Shown piece after piece: positions 28,351 through 39,664 of a stretch of DNA of 64,000 nt. The position numbers were made by a program, and so were the translations under genes. Within the stretch, counting starts at the first letter, position 1, and each line of letters starts with the position of its first letter. The DNA is from Octopus sinensis (Eukaryota): contig NC_043017.1 of assembly GCF_006345805.1 (NCBI RefSeq), positions 17,360,001 through 17,424,000 on the forward strand, in the 5' to 3' direction. The notes beneath the pieces are model-generated. The model was not told the origin of the DNA. It searched no databases and saw only the letters and a program-made list of their open reading frames with translations.

Positions 28351-28565
28351 GCATATGTGTGTATGTATATATGTATCTATGTATTATGTATGTACGTATG
28401 TGCATGCTTGTATATATTTATGTATGTATGTATGTATGAGTTTTGTTGGAAGGGACCGTGTGTTAGTGTGCTGGTATGTGAACGTCGTTCACATTTCGGT
28501 ATGTGTGCGTGTATATATATGTGTACACATATATATACAGTATACCAGTATACATACACACAAAC

Positions 28566-28607
<42 letters not shown>

Positions 28608-28623
28608 ATGCATATACGTACAT

Positions 28624-28678
<55 letters not shown>

Positions 28679-28783
28679 ATATAAAATCAAATTGTACATA
28701 ACGCGTCTACCCCTTTATCGCTATTTCCTCTCTCCCACTTTTAACCTTATTTCAGTGATTCCTCGATATATCCACTTCTCTTC

Positions 28784-28815
<32 letters not shown>

Positions 28816-28990
28816 TTCTCTGTCTTACCTTCCTTTTCTATCCCCACACATCTTTTCTCACAACTACCTCCTCTCTCTATACAAATACCCCCCTTTTTTT
28901 TCAATATAAAACTTGCTACTTTTCCGGTTTGCTTTCTTTTCTTTCATACCTTTGTGTTCATAACCACTCTACCTCTCTCATTCTTATCTA

Positions 28991-29024
<34 letters not shown>

Positions 29025-29734
29025 CATACATATCTACCCACGTAAAATACGCGCGCGCACATACACACACACTTACATACACATACATATATGAACGTGT
29101 GTGTGTGTGTGTGTGTGTGCAGGTATGTATGTTTTTAGATGTATATGTCTGTGCGAGTCTTCGTACTTGTATTTGTATCCCTTACCAATGCTTGACAACT
29201 GTTGTTGGTTTGTTTACGTCCCAATAAACTAGCAGTTCGGCAAAAGAGATGGTGGAATACCAGACACAGAAAATACTTACGGGGGTCGACTAAACCCCGT
29301 AAGGCGGTGCCCCAGCATGATCGCAGCCCAGTGACTGGAAAAAGTAAAAGATAAAAGATATATTGTATCACTGTATCGACCAGACTATCGGATGTAGTTA
29401 CACACCGCTGCTCACAATGCGCCACCTCGCATTGTTGTAGCTTTCAAATGATGCCATCCCACTGGATAAGTGGGTAGGCCTACATTCCCCCTGAATAAAA
29501 TGCCAGTCCTTCGCAGGATTACCAATTTACAACTATGTGGATTTGAGCTATGTGAAATAAAGTGTTTTGCTCAAAAATACAACGCACCGCAGGTCTGAGA
29601 ATCGAAACCACGATCTTGCGATCAAGAGTACAACCCCCTAACACACACATGCATTGTCGTCGTCGCCGGTAAGGTCTCGTTTCCAAGTATTTATTACATT
29701 TTAGTGAGGTAGTGGGGGATAATTTGTGCTGTAG

Positions 29735-30760
29735 GGTAATTTGTGCTAGAGGTAGTTGATAGCTTCCGTTACCTAGGTGACCAAGTCAGTAGTGGGGGAG
29801 GGTGCGCTGAAAGTGTAGCTGCTAGAATAAGAATAGCCTGGGCAAAGTTCAGAGAGCTCCTACCTCTGCTTGTGGCAAAGGACCTATCGCTCAGAATAAA
29901 AAATAGACTGTATGACGCATGTGTGCGAACAGCCATGCTACATGGCAGTGAAACATGGGCCGTGACTGCTGAGGATATGCGTAAGCTCGCAAGGAATGAA
30001 GCCAGTATGCTCTGCTGGATATGTAATGTCAGTGTACATACTTGACAGAGTGTAAGTACCTTGAGAAAAAAGCTGGACCTAAGAAGCATCAGATGTGGCG
30101 TGCAAGAGAGACGACTGCGCTGTTATGGTTATGTGGAGAGAATGGATGAGGATAGCTGTGTCAAAAAGTGCCACACTCTAGCGGTTAAGGGAACCTGTGG
30201 AAAAGGTAGACCCAGGAAAACCTGGGATGAGATGGTGAAGCACGACCTTCGAACATTAGGCCTCACCGTGGCAATGACTAGTGGCAATGACCGAGACCTA
30301 TGGAAATATGCTGTGCGTGAGAAGACCCGGCAATCTAAGTGAGACCATAACCCGTGGCCTATGCCAGGGGTGTAACCAGCCCACTTATGCGTATCTTTCC
30401 TTCATTGGACACTAAACTCTGCTTGCAAAGACCTATTAAGGCAAATGAAATCGAAATCGAATCAAATTCGACGACTGGCACCCGTGCCATTGGAGCGTTA
30501 AGAGCACCATCCGAGCGTGATCGTCGCCAGAGCAGCTGACTGGCTTCCGTGCCGGTGACACGAGAAAAAACATTCGAGCGAGGAAGTTCGGTAGCCAGAG
30601 ACCGATACAGAAAGTCATGGTTACACTTTTGGGAGATAACAAGGCTTGGTTTGAAGATTTCTCTTCTATTTCTACCGGGTGGAACGACTAAGAATTTCGA
30701 GTACGTTTTGTGGTTCGCTACCTCAACAGCTCCTTTATAGGATCCAGTGGCTAAAGACAT
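29735..30760 (+). mobile_element. 5'-truncated RTE-clade LINE
   Basis: LEVVDSFRYLGDQVSSGGGCAESVAARIRIAWAKFRELLPLL...LYDACVRTAMLHGSETW...RGRPRKTW-like, the typical RTE ORF C-terminus, with a stop at 30043-30045. The 3' boundary is approximate. Confidence 0.85.
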
Positions 30761-31567
30761 CATCTGGAGGAACCACGTCCGGTTTCGGCCCCTACTCCTC
30801 TACCGTTTTCGACGTGGTGCCCCTCCCCCCACTTTCGGAGGTGTCTTCACCTTTGGTGTTAAGTGCGTTTTTTTCTTTCTCCTTTTCTCTTTTGTTCTTT
30901 AGTTTCTTCGAGATTCATTCTTAATAAATCTTTGCATTGGCATTTATAGAGATGTATTGCCATACAACTAACCCCTTTGTATGACTGGTAACAATTTTAT
31001 CGACCCGGGATCATGAAAATCAAAAATCTGCTTCGATACTGCTTGAAATTATAACTTAGAATGAAGAAGCACGAAATTAAATCGAATTTAACATTTCTGG
31101 TGTTAATTACTTTCTGGAGGTTGATGAACTTTTAGAGGTTACTTAAACTGCTAGGGGTAGATTAAGTAACGAGAAAAGGAAAGAAAAATATACGAAAAGC
31201 AACGAAAAGAGAAAAAATGCTATTTGCTTATACGCGATTGACTTACAGGAGAATAGAACTTAAATTGTTCTCAAAACTGGTAAAGAAATAAATAGAGAGA
31301 ATGCTAGAAAGGAATAGTGAGAAGAAAAAGGAAGCAAAATATGTGTGGGAGAGGATGAATAAAAAACTTAGTTTAGGCAAAAATTAATTTGAATATTAAA
31401 CAGAACATATCTGAAAGATTGAAATTTTAGAATCTAATTTTAATAACAATCACTACAATGAAATTGGTTTAGTATTTAATCTGAAGAAATTGTGAGCAAA
31501 AAAAAGGTCATTCCGGGAAGAGCTGGTGAGCAGATTGTTATTGTAAATACATAGAGAGGACTCTATA

Positions 31568-32251
31568 ATGGAAGGAATTCTTTATTTCTTATGCTTTGCC
31601 ATTACACAAGTTTGGCTGTTATCCGTTACCCAGCGAAATGTTGCGGCAAATCTTCCAGAAGCTTCCGTCATCCAACCTAAATTCTTTGCTGCTGTCAACA
31701 ATTTAAAGCAGTCTTCACACAGCACTTTGCCGTCGCTGGGATTATCTCGAAACCATACTGCGTTCGATAAATTTCGAACCAGCTCGAGTTCTATCCATCC
31801 TGTTGTTGCTAACTTCAGTACGACAACAGAAGCTGAACGAAATTCTACAGAATTTAACTCTGAACTTACCAGTCTGTACCGAACACAATCATTTTTGTCC
31901 AACATCACTGACACACTGAACTTGAAACAGACGACAAAGAATGGATTAGCAAACACAACTCTTACCAGTCCTCTTTACTCTCTGCTACCTAATGAAACGG
32001 TCACTATATCCGCTACCAATTCTACCAGAAGTCCGACCAACGGAGTTATAACCTCCACTACAGAAATAGACTTAATAACCTACTTGCATTTTTCATCAAC
32101 TCCCCCACCTGAACAAGAGTCCACAATGAGGACCTTGGCTTTCTGGTTATTTATTGTTGTTTGTATTGGATTAGTTGTTCTCTGTATTTACCTGTTTTAT
32201 CGCAAATATTTGCGTGAAACCCCACTTATTGTAGTTCCAACGTACTACTGA
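31568..32251 (+). CDS. Single-exon mucin-like type I membrane glycoprotein (227 aa)
   Basis: Hydrophobic N-terminus, Ser/Thr-rich ectodomain with 7 N-x-S/T sequons, TM helix LAFWLFIVVCIGLVVLCIYLFY followed by RK, and short tail ending VVPTYY. Non-repetitive sequence. Confidence 0.75.
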   Translation: MEGILYFLCFAITQVWLLSVTQRNVAANLPEASVIQPKFFAAVNNLKQSSHSTLPSLGLSRNHTAFDKFRTSSSSIHPVVANFSTTTEAERNSTEFNSELTSLYRTQSFLSNITDTLNLKQTTKNGLANTTLTSPLYSLLPNETVTISATNSTRSPTNGVITSTTEIDLITYLHFSSTPPPEQESTMRTLAFWLFIVVCIGLVVLCIYLFYRKYLRETPLIVVPTYY

Positions 32252-32777
32252 ATGACTCGATTTATTAACTTGTACCCATTACACGTTTTCACTAAGAACT
32301 TTAACCGTTGTGAAATTTTTTTTCCTTCCTGTTTTGAGATTGAATCCCCGTTCTGATTTTTTCTAAAACCTTAACGACTAAAACTAATGTTATTAACTAT
32401 TTGTTTATGTTCCTGTTTACCAGCTTCCTTTATAAATTCAAAGGTTCAATATAAGCAAAGGAAAGATTCAAATTTCCGCAAAAAATCCAGTTTTGCTTAT
32501 CAAACTTGTTCAAAAATAACTCGATTTTTCACTATTGAAAGTATATACAAAGCTTGCCGTCGTATCTAAATGACTGCAATTAAATCGAAAAAAATCCGAT
32601 CCTTTTGAAAATTCTCAACAATGAAGCAAAGACGTTCCAACCCTCAGATCCCGCTTTCTTTTTCTCTAGACTGGATTCGTATTTATCAGATATTCCCTTT
32701 CCTTTGATGTAGGGTGTAATAAAATCTGTTCGGCAACTTAAGTCTAGCAAGAAAAGCCCTTGCTTGTATCGAATTGT

Positions 32778-33918
32778 ACGAGGGGGTGTGCTGACGAGTT
32801 CACACGCTTCCTATCAAGAAGTGATAGAGCAGTTAAATCTCACATGCATTAATTTCCACTTTTAATAACTATTTATTTCCTGTGAACTTACCATTAACTG
32901 TTCAGAATCGACTTTAAAAAAAACTAACGACTGCTCTTGGAAATTGACAAAAATTAGCATTGTCGTCTCTAGTACCTGCAAAGAAATGGTTTGTCCCCCC
33001 AATGGTATACTGACAGGGTTGCTATATTACGAGGTGACTCTAACTTTATCACCAATGCAAAAGTGGGCAGCTGAATTTAGGAAGGAAGCGAAGTCTTGAA
33101 GATGACCCAACGTCTGAACGTCCTGCAACTGTCGCTAGAGAAAAACGTTGCTCGTGTTCACATGTGTAATAGGCGATTAGCTATGTAGCAAGTAGCCAAT
33201 ATTAGTATATCCTGTGGGGAATTAAGACTATTCTACACGATGAACTGGGCCAGACACGAGTTTCTACTCGATGGGTGCCACGTCTTCTGACACTTGATCG
33301 AAAGTACACAAGGCTGATCATATCACGGGAAAATCCGACATCGTTTGACGTAGATCAGCTGGTTTTCCTTGAATGTTTCCTGCCCCATGGTGCGCATTGG
33401 CTTTCTCCATGCAATGGAAATAACCCTCTTCAGCTGCTCTAAAGATAGTTGCGGTTGTTTCATCTACAGGGATAGTGATGGCCTCGGCCATTTGTAATGC
33501 AAAGGATATTAACTCTTCAAAAAAGCCACACTATCAATGGAGAGTCCCATGCTGAGGCATTTACGAAAGGAAAACTGACAAAAAAGTCTCGTTTCATCAG
33601 GACAGTACTCCAGCATAGTTTTTGGCTTCGGTTGCTGTTGTACGTGACTGGCTTTAAATTGGTTGATTACTCTCTTGATTTTGGTTCCATCTGACTCGCT
33701 CAACTTCAACATGGCAAAAACCCGCTTGGCTTGGAATCAAAATCGCGTTAACGATAACGTGATATCTATTGACTTTTTTGAGGAGCAGGATGAAATCTTT
33801 GGGATTAAAGAACCACAACAGCCATGAAAGAACTGTGGACCACAAGAGACTGAAAAAATCGATTTCATTCCATGAAGATATCTTGGTCAGCCGATGACCT
33901 TTTCAGTCGATCCTCGTA
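32778..33918. mobile_element. Composite of mariner remnants
   Basis: TA-cgagggggtgtgctga at the left end and tcagtcgatcctcg-TA at the right end, with degenerate transposase-like pieces between. The two ends are not a matching TIR pair. Confidence 0.55.
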
Positions 33919-33999
33919 GAGTAGTCGATGTTTTGACTTCCTAATAATTGTAACTATGTATCCCCACCGACTTAATCAGTTGCAAATGTTTAAACTCGA

Positions 34000-34860
34000 A
34001 TATTTAGCTGTTTCACTCCATTCCTAATCCTACTGAGGAGCCGTGACCACCATCCTATTTGTTTTTTCTACATTAGGTTTGACTGGAGTTCAGGGTTCTT
34101 GGTTTGTATTGACATTTCAATGGTACTTTACTATCAAAGTATTTTTCCATTATACGCAGGTTCAGCTATTTATAAAGGTACCCGCCACCGAAAAAAAAAA
34201 ACTATCTCGGGAACCGTTGGTCCTGTTTACTTGTCTTTTGACAGTATTATTCACTCCATCCACTCCTTGAGGAAAGAACTTCTTCGGCCCCAAAAGATGT
34301 CATTTAGAACAGTTGCCCAAGGTTGATCAGTACTAAATAAATTGCTAAATAAATTGAAGTTCCTGGGTGGGGGGGTAAAGGGTGCATATTCCCCAGCGTA
34401 ACTTTTCATACAGCAAAAGTTAGCAGTGTCACAATGAAAAAGCATTGCATTACAAGACGCGGTTCTTATTCATCTGCCCAATATTAGCAGAGATCACTGT
34501 CCTTGCTCTATTCTCAATGGTTTGTTGGCAAAGACGTTCAGCTCTCCGAGCGTCTGATTCGTGATCTCTTTTCTGTCTTTTTCCCTCTGTTCTGCTAGAA
34601 GCTCAGCTCTCCGAACATGCTATTCCTGAACTCTTCTGTTTTTCCCTCAGTTCCGCCACACGCTTAGTTCTCCGAGCGTCCGATACATCTCGCCAGCTTC
34701 TGTCTCTTTCACTCTTCCGCGAGACATTCACTCTTGTCGATCCTTCTATTCGCATGCCTGTCTTGATCTTGTTTTTGGCGTTCACCACTATCTTGCTGAC
34801 ATTCTTCGGCTCTCTTACTATCTATAGACCAACCAGCTGTTTTCTTCCTCATCGAGGCAT
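34000..34860 (-). mobile_element. Degenerate Helitron Rep N-terminal remnant
   Basis: Minus strand gives Arg/Glu-rich repeats followed by IGQMNK...CNA..FHCDTANFCCMK, resembling the Cys-rich motif near the Helitron Rep N-terminus. Heavily frameshifted. Confidence 0.45.
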
Positions 34861-37233
34861 GCTCTAAGAATGAAATCGTATCCATATTCGAAAAATTCCT
34901 ATTACCTCAAAATATTTTTTTTTAAATCACTGAAAAATATTTGTAAATGAAAATATTGTCTGTTTAAAGACATAGTTATTTACTGTACAAACTCATAGTT
35001 TTCAAATCCTATTCACTTAAAAATACTTTCTAATAATTAGAATATTGTTTGTTTAAAGAAAGCTGAAATATAAATACTCGCTGTACAATTTGTAATTTTT
35101 AAGTCACTTTTACTGAAAAATATTATGTCATTCACTTGAAAATCTTTTTGAATTAAAATATTTTCTGTTTAAAGAAAACTATGATATAAATACTTACTGT
35201 ACAAACAACTTGTGATTTTTGATGGTGTTTAATCTTTAATACAGTAATTCCAAATAATTTTTTATAAATTTGAAATAAACTTAATCTTTAAAATCAGACT
35301 TTTTTTTCTGAGGTACACAAATTTTATGCAGTTATCTGACACTGGTACTAAAGGTTCGAGCTTGGTTGTGTAGAACGGGTCTTTTTTTTTTTTCCTTCCC
35401 TCTCTCTCTCTCTCCTTTTGGTTCCTGATGGAAGTCTTTGCAGGCAGAAAGGATTGAGGCAAGAGGAGTGTCTGGGTTTTAACAGCCCCGCTCCAGGGAC
35501 GAGTGCATTTAAAAATGGTAATATATTTACCCCTTTGCTTATACAGTGTTATCGCAAGTTTGTTTTGAACATCCATGCTTGTTTTCAGACTTAATGCTTG
35601 TTCTGAATAGGGCTTTTACTTTCATAAGTCCTATGTTACTCTGGTGGTTGGGAATAATGAAAACAAAAAAAAATGTTCTGTAATACACAGGACCGACAAG
35701 TGGTTAATAGGAATTGGTGGATTGAGCTTTGGAAAAGTTACTTATGGTTGACTTAGCTAATTTCAAGATTATTCCAGTCATGACCACCTCAACTTAGAAC
35801 ATATCTTTGCTCGGTTTTTATTTCTGGCAAGTCACAAGAGGGCTTCAGTGGCCCGAATGAAGTGTATTTATAATTATTCGAATTGAGATGAGGATTTTTG
35901 TTGTGACCCAGTTCTTGTTATTGGGACTGAGGGGGTTGCTATTCAATGTGGAAGATTAATCTTAGCTGGATTAGATCAATCTCTCTTTGATTCGTCTCTA
36001 TCCTAATTAAATTCATCTGATCATGAATTGCAACCATTTATTTTACTAGCAGATAAACTACCTGGTTAACTCATCTTCTCAACTGGATCCTTGAAATTCC
36101 AGAAATTATTTCGCCTCTTTATCGCTGAAACTCTTGTACATTAATGCAAACGGTAAGCCCTCGTGGTATGGGAGAATCTATTTAACGTTTTGTTTGATTG
36201 CAAGTTCGTTTCATTTTCTACGACAATGTTACTCATACTACGAGCGTTCTTCGTCAATAACAAAGTAGAGAGGGAGGCGAAGTACCTGGTTCGAATCCAG
36301 TTTGTGGCTGTGTACACACCCAGAAATATGAGAATTGATGGTAATTGGATAGGAATGAATATCGCGCAGTCCAGCGTTTTGGGGTCTTGAAAGAATGAAA
36401 TCATTAACTAGACACAAAAAGGTTTAGTGGCAGAATGACAAACGGCAGTGCCGAAAGAAATGGCTCACTATATTCCGCTTTTAACCCGAGGATATACGAT
36501 AACGAAATAAAGGCTGTAATATTGGATAATGAGACGGTAAATAAATTAATAAATTTGTTTTCAAATACAGTTGTGTGCATTGCGCACTACGTTCGATATG
36601 ACAGTTTACCCGGCGTTATAGAGCAGGAAGAATTACTCGTTTATATTACTGTCGAACACTCCGGATAGTACAACTGTAATTGTAAATGAAACTGCGCGCT
36701 TTGGGGGGCTCGTAAGCCATTTCATTTAATTCATTGCTAATATTTCATTTCATATCATCCTTTCTGTATTTTTGCTATATGTACCCCATGTCCTGTATTG
36801 TATTGTTATGTCCCCTCTTCATTCAGGCCATTGTGCCTATAATAAAGAGAACTATATTCCGCTTTATCGTTTTAAAATATTTGGCACTGTTTACTTATAG
36901 ATACTTAAATTAGAAGTTCAAAATCCAGCTGTGGCCATCGGTAGTTGTTGAAATACTAATAGAAGGGGAAGGATTAATATAACTTTTTTTTTTAATGCCT
37001 GCCTTCCCTACCTCTACATTTTTGGCCTTGTGTCTAGGTAAGAAATTAATTACATCCCTCAGATGGTGGATTCGTGATAACCCTTAGAGCGTTAGATAAA
37101 ATGTTTTTCGATATTAGTCACGTCATGTCCGTTCTGAGTTCAAATCCTGCTAGGTCAGCTTAACCATCGATCCCCCCAGGGGTGGATTGATAAAATAAAT
37201 ACCAAATAAACACTGGAGTAATTCTAATCGACT

Positions 37234-37435
37234 ACAAGGGGGCGCTGAAAAGTTCCTGGCTTTGGGTAAAAGAAAATACTGGAGGATTAGTTAGTTTACT
37301 CAACATATTCCTTTCTGATTCACACACTTGGTCCTCCAGTTTTTTCTAACCCTGTAAAAGAACTCAGAAGGTTGGGTCTCCAACTGGACCTTTCGCGATG
37401 CCTTTACGCCAGTAACCTTTAGGTACCCCTTCGTA
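37234..37435. mobile_element. Mariner-derived MITE
   Basis: tacaagggggcgctgaaaagttcctggc ... gccagtaacctttaggtaccccttcgta are degenerate TIRs bounded by TA. Confidence 0.55.
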
Positions 37436-37919
37436 GGCTAACTCTACCATACCTCCTGAGGCATTTGTGCCAATGTTTAGAAGTCTCTCAGACTGGCAGA
37501 ATGAGTAGAGCATCAGACAAATTACGACATATATTGGTTACATCATCTCATGATTTTGGTTCAAATCTCACTAAAATTTTATTTTTCGTCCTTCTAAGAC
37601 CTATAAATTAAACATCTGCCAAACGATGTAATCAATGATATACACACGTCTCAAAATATAGCCGGGTAACATATTACCTATCGAGGTTTGAAATAGTAAA
37701 AACGGTTGTTTAGCCTTAGGTCAATCACCATCTAATAGACCTGTGATCGAAGGCATCCCAGCCATGATCATCTCATGCAGAGAAGCCAGAACCACATTAT
37801 TCAACGCGGAGTTTTTTCCTTTGTTTTTTTTTTTTTCAAGATGGTTGTAGCATTTGAGAGGAAATCTGGCTGCTAGTTCTAGAGCGACGTTAAATGAGCC
37901 CTGAGCCGTCTACGTGCAG

Positions 37920-38502
37920 ATTCATGAAGACGGAGGAGAAAAGAGAGGAAGAAAAGAAAAACGGAGGAAAGGAGGAAGAATGGGTATTAACAGAGGGTAG
38001 AAGGAAGAAGATGAAGACAAGAAAGAACATAGAGTGTGATGTGGTACCCCAGTCCAACTCCATTCCACCCAAGACCACTCAGATCCACCCTCCCCATACA
38101 GACACCAAACCCACCCACCCCATTTCCGCACAAGAAAAGAGAAAAAGAAAAAAACAGACACCACAAAATGTAGAAGACCCACTCCCGGTGAAAAATGTCA
38201 CGTCTACATGGAGGCGAGTGTGTTGTCACTCAGCGATGGGGAAAGTGAGAAAAGAACTGGACTAGAAGCTAAAGAGGACTTAGGACTCAGAGGCAGCGAG
38301 TGGTGTTACTCAGTGGTGTTTCATATTTCATTTTCAAGATATCGTTTATGTTATCAGAACTATAATATTTTGATTTTTCCATGTACATTTTCATGTCACT
38401 CATTGTATCATATTTTATTTTTATATATTTTTTAATTGATATGTCCCCACATGTTTTGTAATGTCTCCTCTATGTTATGCCTATGTGGCAAATTCTGAAA
38501 TA
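37920..38502 (+). mobile_element. 5'-truncated ORF1-only retroposon (family of the 53.6/55.1 kb copies)
   Basis: Encodes EEEW..EGRRKKMKTRKNIECDVVPQSNSIPPKTTQIHPPHTDT, matching the C-terminus at 55532-56368, and has the same 3' UTR ending tgcc-tatgt-ggca...gaaata. Confidence 0.85.
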
Positions 38503-38977
38503 AAGTCGCTTGCTTACCAGAAACGGTAGAGCTGCCCAATGGAGGGAAGCTGGAGATAGTGTTGGACGGAAGGCTCCCTAGCTGCTGTTCTTGCGAGGAG
38601 AGGGGACATATTAAGAAAGGATGCCCGAAACAAGTGAAGGAGGTTGCTGAGATGAAGGCGCGAAACATTGAAGCAGAGGAGGAGCACACAACCAAAACAC
38701 GGAACTGGTTACAGATGAAGAGTTTACAGAGGTAGAATCAAAGAAGGAGAGGAGAAGTTCACCGCCCAAGGAGGAACTACAGCAGAAACAACACGATGCA
38801 GGAAGCAGAAGCATATTCAACGAAAGAAGCATCAGTAACAAGCAGAGGTAATGTTCCTGCAGTTTCACCAAAAAGGAACATCAAAAACAGAACTAAATCA
38901 CCAAGCAAACATACGGACGCACAAGACACACAACACGGTGAAAACAGAAACAGAAACAACATATATTTGATAACATA

Positions 38978-39388
38978 AGGCGGCGAGCTGGCAGAATCGT
39001 TAGCACGCCGAGCGAAATGCGTAGCCGTATTTCGTCTGCCGTTACGTTCTGAGTTCAAATCCCGCCGAGGTCGACTTTGCCTTTCATCCTTTCGGAGTCG
39101 ATAAATTAAATACCAGTTACGCACTGGGGTCGATGTAATCGACTTAATCCGTTTGTCTGTCTTTGTCCTCTCTGTGTTTAGCCCCTTGTGGGTAGTAAAG
39201 AAATACGTATTTCGTCTGTCGTTACGTTCCGAGTTCAAATTCCGCCGAGGTCGATTTTGCCTTTCATCCTTTCGGGGTCGATAAATTAAGTACCAGTCAC
39301 GCACTGGGGTCGATGTAATCGACTTAATCCGTTTGTCTGTCCTTGTTTGTCTCCTCTGTGTTTAGCCCCTTGTGGGTAGTAAAGAAAT
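38978..39388 (+). mobile_element. SINE family A with internal partial duplication and 17-bp TSD
   Basis: Full SINE (38978-39205) plus a head-less repeat (39206-39388). TSD atatatttgataacata at 38961-38977 and 39389-39405. Confidence 0.9.
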
Positions 39389-39664
39389 ATATATTTGATA
39401 ACATACTGTGCAGGTCCAAAAATTGAAAAGAAAATATGTAAAATGAAAAATATTACAAGGGTTAAGCTAACAGAGGGATGTGATAGGAACATGAAATGTA
39501 TTTTGACAGAGGAAGGAAAATAGAGAACATTAAAAGAAACATTTCCATTGGAAGTGAACCCACTAGGGCTGGAGGTGAGAAATGAACCCCGTCCGCCAGT
39601 GGTAGATTCTGAGGATATTAAACAAGACATAAAATGGGTAAGTAAAAAGTATTGTGAAATAACG

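Noticed and set aside
36141-36668. Short ORFs in unique sequence (87 aa minus, 75 and 77 aa plus)
   Set aside because: No recognisable motifs, splice signals or paralogy; cannot be supported from sequence alone.
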